Assembly: GCA_963828195.1 (NCBI GenBank)
Contig: CAWHDT010000005.1
Location: forward strand, 864,001 to 928,000
Source of the DNA: Candidatus Bathyarchaeota archaeon
GTDB taxonomy: Archaea; Thermoproteota; Bathyarchaeia; Bathyarchaeales; Bathycorpusculaceae
Length of the DNA stretch: 64,000 bases
Direction: 5' to 3'
Translations under genes and position numbers: made by a program
Shown here: positions 28,726-38,163 of the stretch, piece by piece
Layout: every line of letters begins with the position of its first letter
How positions within the stretch are numbered: position 1 is the stretch's first letter
Notes under the pieces: generated by a model
Seen by the model: only the letters and a program-made list of their open reading frames with translations
The model's database searches: none
Told to the model about the DNA's origin: nothing

Positions 28726-30840
28726 ATGAAAACACGCGATTTAGGAAACATATTGGCTTCTATAAGTCTTAAGAGGATTGCAAAGCCGTCAGTTCTGTGC
28801 ATCATCGCAATCTTTGTCATAAGCACACTTACAGTTTTGGGCTCAACCGGAGTACAGGCAGCAACAGCGACAGCAACGCTTCCGCTGCACACTTCAGGAA
28901 GCCAGATACTTAACTCAAACAACAACCCAGTCTACCTGCGCGGCATGGGCATAGCCGGAATGACGCCCGACCTCATCCTATGGGGAACAGGCGGCGGCGA
29001 CAGCTGGGGTGACCAGTGGGGGTCAGCCTCGTCAACAGCAGTAACTCAAACGTTTACGGAGTTGTCAACAGTCTGGGACGTTAACATGATACGCGTCTTT
29101 ATTTACCCTGAGTGGTGGATGCTAAACGGCGCTGATGGCACTGCAAACGGGGAAAACGTGCAGAGTTACGTTGAAACCTTAGCTAGTGAAGCTGAAGCAG
29201 CCGGTATCTACATTGACATCGTGCCCTACCAGTTAACTGCCTGCTCGGGCTCATTTAGCTCAGACCCGTATCTAACACCTAACCAGGCAGGATCCCAAGG
29301 ACTGCCTATGTGCGGCAACTGGGACAGTGCAGGGCAAGCATTTTTGAGCTATGAAGAGAGCCAAAACGGCTACGCTAACGAACAGGCATTCTGGACTGCA
29401 TACTGGACGTCTATGGCTAACGCATTAAAGGCTTATCCGAACGTGATCTTTGAGGCTTGGAATGAGCCTATGGGTTCATCTACCAACACGGTGACTTCCG
29501 GGTACATGACTTACCTAACCACGATGTACAATGCAATTCGAGGCACAGGCGCAACCAACTTGATTTTCATGCAGTGGAACTGCGGATGGGAACCAAACGT
29601 TGGCCAAACACTGGGCTGGGCATCAGCTATATCTTCAGCGATCGGAAGCCCAACGAATTTGGCTTTTACAACGCACCTCTACTACTACGCGCCCTCTGAT
29701 CTTACTCAGTTTTGGGATTCAAGCGGAAGCGACTCTTCAGGCGTTCCTATGACTGAGGCTCAGCTTGAAACGCAGCTGCAGGGCTTACAAAGCGGCATGG
29801 ACGTCACCGCGCCACTGGTCATTAATGAGGAAGGCTCATGCCTATCATCATCCAGCAATACCGCTAATGATGCGACTTGGTGGACTAATCTGCTCACAGC
29901 CCAGTACTCATGTGGAATCGGCGCAGGGGCATACTATTGGCTAAGCAGCAGCGGACTTGGCGGAACCTACGACGGCGAAGAACTACTGACAAGCGGGTAC
30001 ACACCAGATACAATGGGACAAGAATACATCAACGCATACGCAGCGACAACAACCTCCACACCAACCCCAACGGCAACACCGACACCAACCGCAACCCCGG
30101 ACCCGACACCAACGCCAGCACCAACCTCCACACCAACACCAACTCCAACCCCAACACCAAAACCAACAGCAACACCAACCCCAACCTCAACACCCACGCC
30201 TACTCCAGTGCCGACCGCGAAGCCAACTCACAGACATTCTTCAACAACAGTACCAACTCCAGCGCCAACGGCAACTCCAACCCCCACTCCAGCTCCAACA
30301 GCAACACCCAACCCAACACCAACCCCTGCACCAACGGCAACTCCAGTTCCCACTCCTACTCCAACTCCTACTTCAACATCTGCTCCAACCGCAACACCCA
30401 ACCCAACACCAACTCCAGCATCAACGCCAACTCCAATTCCAGTTTCAACACAAACGTCAACTCCTACTCCAACCCCAGCACCGACAGATAACCCGACGCC
30501 TAACGACATCACAGCACCTGCGAATTTCCCGACGCCAGTTGTAATCTCTGCACAAATTCCAGAATCAACTCCGTCTCCGCCAATGGAGCCAACTCCACCA
30601 TCACAAACAACGAGGACATCGACATCCCTAGTAGTTCAGCTAAATCAACCTACAACAGCTCCATCGACGCCAGAAAAAACTAAAACTACTTTGCCAACGC
30701 ACCCAAGACCTGATCCGAAAATCACGTCAAAACACCTACACCCGCCACACAAACATTACCGCCAAAATGCTCCCAGAAACGCGGGGTACACCTTCAGCAA
30801 GTCACGATTTAACAATGTCATTTTATTTCTAAAACTCTAA
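28726..30840 (+). CDS. Secreted glycoside hydrolase family 5 with long Pro/Thr tail
   Basis: Signal peptide, NMIRV, FEAWNEP (acid/base), HLY, VINEEG (nucleophile). Confidence 0.85.
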   Translation: MKTRDLGNILASISLKRIAKPSVLCIIAIFVISTLTVLGSTGVQAATATATLPLHTSGSQILNSNNNPVYLRGMGIAGMTPDLILWGTGGGDSWGDQWGSASSTAVTQTFTELSTVWDVNMIRVFIYPEWWMLNGADGTANGENVQSYVETLASEAEAAGIYIDIVPYQLTACSGSFSSDPYLTPNQAGSQGLPMCGNWDSAGQAFLSYEESQNGYANEQAFWTAYWTSMANALKAYPNVIFEAWNEPMGSSTNTVTSGYMTYLTTMYNAIRGTGATNLIFMQWNCGWEPNVGQTLGWASAISSAIGSPTNLAFTTHLYYYAPSDLTQFWDSSGSDSSGVPMTEAQLETQLQGLQSGMDVTAPLVINEEGSCLSSSSNTANDATWWTNLLTAQYSCGIGAGAYYWLSSSGLGGTYDGEELLTSGYTPDTMGQEYINAYAATTTSTPTPTATPTPTATPDPTPTPAPTSTPTPTPTPTPKPTATPTPTSTPTPTPVPTAKPTHRHSSTTVPTPAPTATPTPTPAPTATPNPTPTPAPTATPVPTPTPTPTSTSAPTATPNPTPTPASTPTPIPVSTQTSTPTPTPAPTDNPTPNDITAPANFPTPVVISAQIPESTPSPPMEPTPPSQTTRTSTSLVVQLNQPTTAPSTPEKTKTTLPTHPRPDPKITSKHLHPPHKHYRQNAPRNAGYTFSKSRFNNVILFLKL
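30046..30500 (+). repeat. Coding Pro/Thr low-complexity repeats
   Basis: (CCAACN)n encoding PTPTPT. Confidence 0.9.
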
Positions 30841-31349
30841 AAAATTCCTTTCTTTTTGGTAAAACCGAAAAAGAGCAATTGGCACGCCATCACTTCAACG
30901 TTTCTAACAGGTTGGGTTTCTGATCCTGAAACGTTAAAATCTTTTAAAATTCAAATAACCGTTGAATTTAGAATAACAAGCCTGGGTGGGTCAGCGATAT
31001 TTGACGATTTCTCACAGCTTAGGGCTCGAAGCCGTCGCCTCACATCATCCCGACCCCTAACAGGGGGCTTGGAGAATTTATCTATTTTGTTGAGCCAAAA
31101 AGCATTTTTTGCCTTTTGTTTGCAGTACGATTGACCTATTTTAATGCTGCCTCAAAATTTTGGTTCCACTAGCACAGCGGCAGCTGAAAAAGCCGTTAGT
31201 GTGCACGGAATTGGTGGAAAAAATGTGCAGGCTGCATGTTTGTTTCAAGGCTGTATGCTCTAGATTAACGACATTTGACGAATCTAAATGTTTAAACTGC
31301 CGAGGGGATAGGGTAGTTTTAAGCGTGTTATGTGAGGTGAAAAAGAGAT

Positions 31350-31418
31350 ATGATATTCGAAGAGGAAGATGAATGGGAAGAAGGCGAAGATGAGGAATGG
31401 GAAGAGGAAGAATGGTAA
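31350..31418 (+). CDS. 22-aa acidic Trp-containing micropeptide, not in ORF track
   Basis: MIFEEEDEWEEGEDEEWEEEEW; GAGGTGA Shine-Dalgarno at 31334-31340. Confidence 0.55.
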   Translation: MIFEEEDEWEEGEDEEWEEEEW

Positions 31419-31502
31419 ACTAGCCGTAAGGTAATTTCAACATATTTTTCTTTTAAGTTTGAAAAAAAGTCATTTTTAAGCCTGTTTCCGTAATACTTAA
31501 AG

Positions 31503-31523
31503 GTATATACGCGTAGTATATAC
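31503..31523. promoter_or_regulatory. Candidate vapBC autoregulatory operator
   Basis: Two palindromic GTATATAC boxes spaced by 5 nt just upstream of antitoxin ATG. Confidence 0.55.
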
Positions 31524-31534
31524 AACGAGAGAAT

Positions 31535-31762
31535 ATGACTCAAACGGTTTTCACTGTCAAAATTCCTGAAAAGCTAAAGAAGGAAATGAAAGAAATCGAC
31601 GGCATAAATTGGAGCGAGTATATCCGCGAATGCCTACAAACAAAAGTGAATCAGCGAAAAATGAAAGCAGCCTCCGATAAACTAGATGAAATCCGAAAAC
31701 GCAGCAAGCCGACATCTACCGCGGAAATTGTAGCTTGGATTCGAGAAGATAGGGAACGATAG
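31535..31762 (+). CDS. vapB: VapB RHH antitoxin
   Basis: VFTVKIPEKLKKEM..INWSEYIR; WIREDRER tail. Confidence 0.85.
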   Translation: MTQTVFTVKIPEKLKKEMKEIDGINWSEYIRECLQTKVNQRKMKAASDKLDEIRKRSKPTSTAEIVAWIREDRER

Positions 31763-31769
31763 GCTTTTC

Positions 31770-32195
31770 ATGCATGTTGTAGATGCAAGCGTTGTCGTAA
31801 AATGGGTGCTTCCTGGCGAACCCTATGAGGTAAGAGCATTAAAACTGAAGCAGGATCACTTGTCAGAAATTACTCATTTGTTTGCACCCTCATTTATGCT
31901 GCATGAAGTTGCTAATTCACTTTGGAAGGCAGTACGACAAGGAAGAATTACTCAAAAGGACGCCTCCGAAGCCTTGGAGGCGTTGAATAACCTGCATGTT
32001 AGTTTTCATGAATTAAATTGGTCAGATATTTCAAAGGTTTTGAACATTGCACTCAAAACGGATCTAACCGTTTACGATGCAGCTTACCTGTATGTTTCAG
32101 AAAAAATGAGTGCTCAAGTAATTACAGCAGATGACAAAATGTATCAGAAAGGAAAGGGGCAGTTTCGAGTGCTACATCTGAAGGATTATTCATAA
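31770..32195 (+). CDS. vapC: VapC PIN toxin
   Basis: VVDASVVVKW, HEVANSLWK, VYDAAY, TADD. Confidence 0.9.
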   Translation: MHVVDASVVVKWVLPGEPYEVRALKLKQDHLSEITHLFAPSFMLHEVANSLWKAVRQGRITQKDASEALEALNNLHVSFHELNWSDISKVLNIALKTDLTVYDAAYLYVSEKMSAQVITADDKMYQKGKGQFRVLHLKDYS

Positions 32196-32250
32196 ATCAT
32201 TTGTTAAATTTATAACCCACATATCTAATTTCATTACTGGACGTTTAACA

Positions 32251-34053
32251 ATGACCCGTATCGCCGTACTCAACCAAGATAAATGCAAAGTCAAAAAATG
32301 CAACCAGGTCTGCGTTAGCTTCTGCCCTATGGTTCGCAGCAGAGTTGAAGCCATCAGGGTTGAAGGAGACAAAGCGGTCATATCTGAAACTCTTTGCAGC
32401 GGCTGCGGCATCTGCGTCAAAAAATGCCCGTTCAAAGCCATCAGCATCGTGAATCTTCCTGACGAACTGGAAAAAGATTGCAGTCACCGCTTCAGCGAAA
32501 ACAGCTTCAAACTTTTCCGTTTACCTATGCCTTCACCAGGCACAGTGCTGGGTTTGATCGGGCAAAACGGCATCGGAAAAACCACTGCTCTTAAGGTTTT
32601 TTCAGGCGAAATCAAACCTAACCTTGGCAAATACGATGACCCCCCTGATTGGCCCGAAATCATGCAGTATTACCGCGGGTCAAGCCTTCAAGATTACTTC
32701 CAAAAAATGAGTGAAAAAAAACTCAAAGTCAGCAGCAAACCCCAGTACGTGGACAAGATTCCCAAAGCTGTCAGCGGCAAAGTCGGGGATCTGCTTGAGA
32801 AAGTTGATGAGCGAGGGCAGCTTGACGCGATTTCAGAGGAACTTGAGCTTAAAACAGTTTGGGATAGGCCTTTAGAGGTTCTTAGCGGCGGGGAACTTCA
32901 GCGCGTGGCGGTTGCAGCTGCTCTGAGCCGCGAGGCAGATGTTTACCTTTTCGATGAGCCTTCAAGCTACCTTGACGTCAAGCAACGCCTTATTGTTGCG
33001 AGAGCCATAAGGAGCCTCAAAGAGCAGCAGAAAACAATAGTTGTCGCCGAACATGACTTAGCCATCATCGATTACCTCTCGGACCAAATCTGCCTCTTTT
33101 ACGGCGAACCAGGCGTCTACGGTGTCGTCTCACACGTCCATGGCGTCCGCACGGGCATAAACATTTACCTGCAAGGCTACATTCCAGACGAGAACATAAT
33201 GTTCCGCAAAGAATCCATCATTTTCCACGAGAAGCCGCCGACCGCAGGCACCAACCTGGGCGAACCGCTTCTGAAGTGGGAAGGCATGACGAAAACTTTC
33301 AAGGGTTTCAAACTTGACATTGAACCGGGCGAAATTAAGATTGGAGAAATCGTCGGTATCTTGGGGCCTAACGGTATCGGAAAAACCACTTTCGTAAAAA
33401 TTCTCGCTGGACTCGAAGAAACTGATGAGAAACAGAAGCTTGGCGAGTTAAAAGTCAGCTACAAACCCCAGTACATTGCGCCCGACTATACGGGCACGGT
33501 TGCTGAACTGCTTATTAACGTGGCAAAAGAAAACTTTACCTCAAGCTGGTACAAAACCGAGATTGCCCAGCCGCTACGGCTTCAGGTCTTGATGGATCGA
33601 AACGTGATGGAGCTCAGCGGGGGTGAACTGCAAAAAGTCGCCATCGCCGCGTGTTTAAGCCGCAAAGCTGACCTGTATCTTCTCGACGAACCCAGCGCCT
33701 ATTTAGATGTTGAAGAACGATTAAACATGGCTAAAACTCTGCGGCGGGTTGTGGAAGCCCACGGCATACCGGCGTTTGTGGTGGAGCACGACGTTGTTAC
33801 CCAAGACTTCATTGCCGACCGACTGATGGTCTTCAACGGCGAGCCTGGCGTGAACGGATTAGCTAATCCCCCGACTAGCCTAAGAGGGGGCATGAACACG
33901 TTCCTTAAAGAAATGAACATCACATTCCGCAGAGACTCAGTAACCATGCGGCCTAGAGTAAACAAGGAAGACTCGCAGATGGATAAGTTCCAAAAAGGAA
34001 TAGGCGAATACTACTACACAAAGACAACTAAGCCCGAAACAATCAAAAAATAA
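32251..34053 (+). CDS. rli: Ribosome recycling ATPase ABCE1/Rli1
   Basis: N-terminal 2x[4Fe-4S] Cys cluster and two ABC domains (GQNGIGKT, GPNGIGKT, LSGGELQ). Confidence 0.97.
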   Translation: MTRIAVLNQDKCKVKKCNQVCVSFCPMVRSRVEAIRVEGDKAVISETLCSGCGICVKKCPFKAISIVNLPDELEKDCSHRFSENSFKLFRLPMPSPGTVLGLIGQNGIGKTTALKVFSGEIKPNLGKYDDPPDWPEIMQYYRGSSLQDYFQKMSEKKLKVSSKPQYVDKIPKAVSGKVGDLLEKVDERGQLDAISEELELKTVWDRPLEVLSGGELQRVAVAAALSREADVYLFDEPSSYLDVKQRLIVARAIRSLKEQQKTIVVAEHDLAIIDYLSDQICLFYGEPGVYGVVSHVHGVRTGINIYLQGYIPDENIMFRKESIIFHEKPPTAGTNLGEPLLKWEGMTKTFKGFKLDIEPGEIKIGEIVGILGPNGIGKTTFVKILAGLEETDEKQKLGELKVSYKPQYIAPDYTGTVAELLINVAKENFTSSWYKTEIAQPLRLQVLMDRNVMELSGGELQKVAIAACLSRKADLYLLDEPSAYLDVEERLNMAKTLRRVVEAHGIPAFVVEHDVVTQDFIADRLMVFNGEPGVNGLANPPTSLRGGMNTFLKEMNITFRRDSVTMRPRVNKEDSQMDKFQKGIGEYYYTKTTKPETIKK

Positions 34054-34258
34054 ATCAATTAAACGTTATTTCGTTCCATGTAAACCAGTTTCTTCTATTT
34101 ATACAAGTTTAAAGCAAAAGTCACCATTTCTTAAGCCGCAGCTCAGTCAAGAATCAGAGGTTTCCCCCAGCAAAGTGCAGTTAACTTAAAGAACAAGCAG
34201 CAAATATACTAAACAATCTGCAATAGCAAAACAAGGAAAAGAGTGGTGTAAGCAGGAA

Positions 34259-35884
34259 GTGGCTCAAGCAACCTTTGAAGAGATTAGTGCATCTGACTTT
34301 TTCTATCGCAATAGGGACATTGCGGGTTTAACTAACCCTTCACGCGCAGTATTCGTCGCTATACGAGAAATTGTTGAGAACTCCTTAGATGCGGCTGAAA
34401 GCCAAAAAATCCCGCCAGACATATACGTTCGCTTGTCTTACGAAGGAGAAGCAACTAAAGAAACCCAAATCTACAAACTTAGGGTTGAAGACAACGGCAG
34501 CGGAATACAGCCAAGGTTCATTCCATCCGCTTTCGGTCAGGTGCTCTATGGCAGCAAATACAAGCTCAAACAGACAAGAGGCACATTTGGCTTAGGCGGA
34601 AAAATGGCCGTTCTCTACGGGCAAGTCACCACGCATCAACCCGCCTTCGTGACCTCTTCCACGGGGCAAGCAAAAATCTACAGTTTCAAATTAATGATTG
34701 ACATCCAAAGAAACCGCCCAATAATTATCGACCGAAAAGTCCTAATCAACAAGGACAATTGGCGTGGAACCATAGTCGAGTTTTCCCTTGAAGGCGACTA
34801 TCTTAGGGCAATGCCAAAAATTCTTGAATACTTCAAACAAACAGCTATGGTTAACCCATATGCGAATTTGACATTTGTTGATCCCAAAGGCAGACTCTAC
34901 AAGTTTACCCGTGCCACCTCCGAGATGCCTGAGCCGCCGACAGAAATACTGCCCCATCCATACGGCGTTGATGTGGAACTGCTGCAACGGCTAATCCAAA
35001 TTACAACCTTTAACAACATGGAAGATTTTTTGAGAGGCCACTTTCACCGAGTTGGTGAAGTAACAGCTGTCAAATTTTTGATTTCGGCAAATTTAATTAC
35101 TTTTTCCTGCAGCGAACATGGAAAACTTGAGTATGACCAAATAAACTGGGTTGACAACCGACCTCTTTGCCCAAAATGCAGAAAAGTAGCTCAATCTAGC
35201 TCCAAGAATCCCAAGAAGCTTTCCCATGAAGAAATCGTGCGGTTAATGCAGAACCTAAAGAAGTACAAGGATTTCTTGCCGCCTGACGCCAGCTGCCTCT
35301 CACCTTTAGGCGAGGATTTGCTCCGAGCAGGCGTTATGAAAGAGCTAAATCCTGAGTACCTGGTGGTTCATCAGCGCAAACCCTCCACTTATTCGGGTCA
35401 CCCATTCATCATTGAAATGGCGATTGCCTACGGCGGAGGAGTGCCAAAACGTGGAGCTTTTGTGATTTACCGCTTTGCAAACAAAATCCCCCTGCTCTAC
35501 GATGAAGCAAGCGACGTTTCTTATCGAGTAATCTCCGCCATGAATTGGCGAAGATACAAAGTGGCGCCTGACATGCCAATCGCAATCGTCGTTCATATTT
35601 GCAGCACAAAGGTCCCGTACAAAACTGTTGGAAAAGAATTTATCGCTGACCGCCCCGAAGTTCGCCGTGAAGAAGCCAATGCTCTGCGTGAAGTTGCCCG
35701 CCAGCTTCAGCATTTTCTGTCACGTCAAGAGCACGTTCACATGGAAAAGAAACGTTTGGGGATTTTCAGCAAGTACCTACCTAAAATAGCACAGTTTTCT
35801 GCAACATTGGCCGGGGAAACGCGTGTACCAGATATTGAAAAACTATTGAAGAGTGTGCAAAAATATGGCGCAGAAGAAAGCTAA
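34259..35884 (+). CDS. top6B: DNA topoisomerase VI subunit B
   Basis: EIVENSLDA, EDNGSG, QTRGTFGLG GHKL motifs; RFANKIPL; STKVPY. Confidence 0.96.
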   Translation: MAQATFEEISASDFFYRNRDIAGLTNPSRAVFVAIREIVENSLDAAESQKIPPDIYVRLSYEGEATKETQIYKLRVEDNGSGIQPRFIPSAFGQVLYGSKYKLKQTRGTFGLGGKMAVLYGQVTTHQPAFVTSSTGQAKIYSFKLMIDIQRNRPIIIDRKVLINKDNWRGTIVEFSLEGDYLRAMPKILEYFKQTAMVNPYANLTFVDPKGRLYKFTRATSEMPEPPTEILPHPYGVDVELLQRLIQITTFNNMEDFLRGHFHRVGEVTAVKFLISANLITFSCSEHGKLEYDQINWVDNRPLCPKCRKVAQSSSKNPKKLSHEEIVRLMQNLKKYKDFLPPDASCLSPLGEDLLRAGVMKELNPEYLVVHQRKPSTYSGHPFIIEMAIAYGGGVPKRGAFVIYRFANKIPLLYDEASDVSYRVISAMNWRRYKVAPDMPIAIVVHICSTKVPYKTVGKEFIADRPEVRREEANALREVARQLQHFLSRQEHVHMEKKRLGIFSKYLPKIAQFSATLAGETRVPDIEKLLKSVQKYGAEES

Positions 35885-36965
35885 GATAATTGAAAAACAA
35901 AACGAAGTCATCGCTGGTCTACGCGACTTTGGGACCAAAATTTACAATCAGCTAGATCAAGGTGTTTTTCCAACCATTAACATGCCAAGCCGCTCCACCG
36001 AAAACATCAATTATGACCCAGGGCTTCGGCAATATATTTTTGGTGAGAAAGTCGTCAGCCGCAGCGCCCGCAACATCCGCCACATTAAGCCATTCACACA
36101 GCTTGCTTGGGCAGCAATGTTTAGTAACGAACTTACGAGCCAACGCAAAACCAGCACGCTCAGAGACGTCTACTATTCGGCGCAGGCATACGAGATGACT
36201 TTTACAGACCAGCAGGAATCTAACAACATCATCACTGACCTGGAAACTTTAACGGGGTTTGCGCGAGAAGACTTTCATATTTTTCCAGAGGAACGAAGCG
36301 CAATTTTCGGCGACTTAGATATCGGCTACACAGTTCCCGGATATGAGGGTAAAACTTTGAATTTAACCAGCCACCCAGACGGCGTGCTGATCGGTCCAGC
36401 CTTGACTTCAGCGGAATTCATAAACACGAAAGCCGACAAAGTCATAGCAATCGAGAAAGGCGCGCTTTTTACAAGATTCATCGAAGAAAACGTTCACAAC
36501 AAGCACAAGTCCCTTTTAATCTCGTGCGGTGGACAAGCGCCAAGGCAAACCCGAAGTTTCATCCGCCGCCTCCATGACGAGTTGAATTTGCCAGTTTACA
36601 TTTTAACTGATGGAGACCCCTGGGGAATGCACATCGCCCAAGTCATCATTTCGGGCTCAGCCAACGCGGCGCACCTAAGAGAGCTGAACACGCCTGATGC
36701 GGTCTGGAGTGGAGTTTGGGCAAGCGACATCATCGAATACAAATTGCCCACTGACCCGCTGGATGAAGTGGATATTAAACGGTTATACGAGTTGCAGAAG
36801 GACCCAAGATACCAAAATGACCCGCTGTGGCAAAGAGAAATAAAACTGTTCCTAAAAATAAAGCGAAAGGCAGAGCAAGAAGCTTTCAGCCGCTACGGAT
36901 TAACCTACATAGTTGACGAATATTTACCCACTAAACTAGAAGCCGCCACTGAAAAGAAAAAATAA
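35865..36965 (+). CDS. top6A: DNA topoisomerase VI subunit A
   Basis: TLRDVYY catalytic Tyr, IEK, TDGDPWG Toprim, KAEQEA. Confidence 0.96.
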   Translation: MAQKKAKIIEKQNEVIAGLRDFGTKIYNQLDQGVFPTINMPSRSTENINYDPGLRQYIFGEKVVSRSARNIRHIKPFTQLAWAAMFSNELTSQRKTSTLRDVYYSAQAYEMTFTDQQESNNIITDLETLTGFAREDFHIFPEERSAIFGDLDIGYTVPGYEGKTLNLTSHPDGVLIGPALTSAEFINTKADKVIAIEKGALFTRFIEENVHNKHKSLLISCGGQAPRQTRSFIRRLHDELNLPVYILTDGDPWGMHIAQVIISGSANAAHLRELNTPDAVWSGVWASDIIEYKLPTDPLDEVDIKRLYELQKDPRYQNDPLWQREIKLFLKIKRKAEQEAFSRYGLTYIVDEYLPTKLEAATEKKK

Positions 36966-37141
36966 GAATCCAATATTTTTAGAAAATGTGTTGTAAATAG
37001 AAACAACTTTGCTTTTTCCAAAAAAAAGAAGTTATTATCTAAATCTTAAAAATAAAGAGAAAGGCTGAACAAGAATGTTTCAGTCCGTTCGTTCAATTCT
37101 GCATTGTTGATGAATACTTGTTATGAAGCTCAAAATAGTGC

Positions 37142-37576
37142 TTACATCATGGGTGCTGCAACTTTCGCTTGTTTTCCCACCCAAATCTTTACTGTTGCTT
37201 CATTGCTCTTCATGTCGACCATTCCTTCAACTTTAGCTTTGGTGTTGTTTAGCCAGCTGAGCTTTGGCGAGTTTGTCATAAGGGTAACTTCACCCGTGAA
37301 ATTGTTTTGTTTTCCGGTGCCTTTGCCCCAAATCATTAGTACGTCGCCTTCTTTGGTCATTTCAATTGATTTGCTTTCCCACTCGTTAGTTCCATCTATC
37401 TTCATCTTGACGTCAGTTGTTTCAACGTGATTTGCCTGATATTTATCACTTTTAGCTTCCCCACTTGAATTGTACTGGACCATTGCGCCGTCTTGACTGA
37501 ATTCTTTTATTATGGTAGCATCGGTTTTCTCTTTTATTTCAATTAACATTTCTTTTTTTTCCATTAAAAACGCCAT
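37142..37576 (-). CDS. Hypothetical beta-rich protein
   Basis: Coherent 144-aa ORF, TNSPKLSWLNN. Confidence 0.6.
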   Translation of the reverse strand: MAFLMEKKEMLIEIKEKTDATIIKEFSQDGAMVQYNSSGEAKSDKYQANHVETTDVKMKIDGTNEWESKSIEMTKEGDVLMIWGKGTGKQNNFTGEVTLMTNSPKLSWLNNTKAKVEGMVDMKSNEATVKIWVGKQAKVAAPMM

Positions 37577-37809
37577 TTCATAAAACCCGATGACACAATT
37601 TATGCCTATGTGACTGTGCTAGTGCATCAACGAGGATTTATTGATCTGATCGAGACATTCGCCAAAATAACTGCTCGTTCATGTCTGTAGCGCTAAAGCT
37701 CATCAATCCTTTGCTTATGTTGCCTAAATCGCGTTCGACAACAAATAATTTAAATTACCCCTCTTTGTTTATGTAGCCATTAACACGGAGAGACAGGGCG
37801 TTAACATCT

Positions 37810-38019
37810 ATGAGTGAAGAAGGAGACACATTCTTTGTATCCCTTGCCGAGAAACTAATAGGGGTACTCTTAATCGTAGTCGGCGGCATAATGATTTATC
37901 TCACCACGACAACAAGCAGTTCAAGCGGTCTTGGCGATTTCACGTTATTCTTCGGTGTCCTGAGCGTCATCATGGTTATCATCGGTCTCTTTCTACTTCT
38001 TGCGAGACCATCCGAATAA
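37810..38019 (+). CDS. Small two-TM protein
   Basis: Two hydrophobic helices. Confidence 0.65.
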   Translation: MSEEGDTFFVSLAEKLIGVLLIVVGGIMIYLTTTTSSSSGLGDFTLFFGVLSVIMVIIGLFLLLARPSE

Positions 38020-38163
38020 CTTCTTTCATTCAGTAACCGGTAATATCCGCGTTAAACCCGCCAAGAAGCGTAATCATCAAGAGCGAAAGTGCTCTCACCA
38101 GCTTTATAAACCGAAAAATCATTATGAGTCGTATATAACTTATTGTGGACAGGGATTTAATTT

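Noticed and set aside
30046-30512. Repetitive tract and antisense GV-repeat ORFs as CRISPR or separate genes
   Set aside because: Coding Pro/Thr linker of the GH5; no constant repeat with unique spacers
37588-37650. Possible C/D box sRNA
   Set aside because: C box imperfect and no recognisable guide
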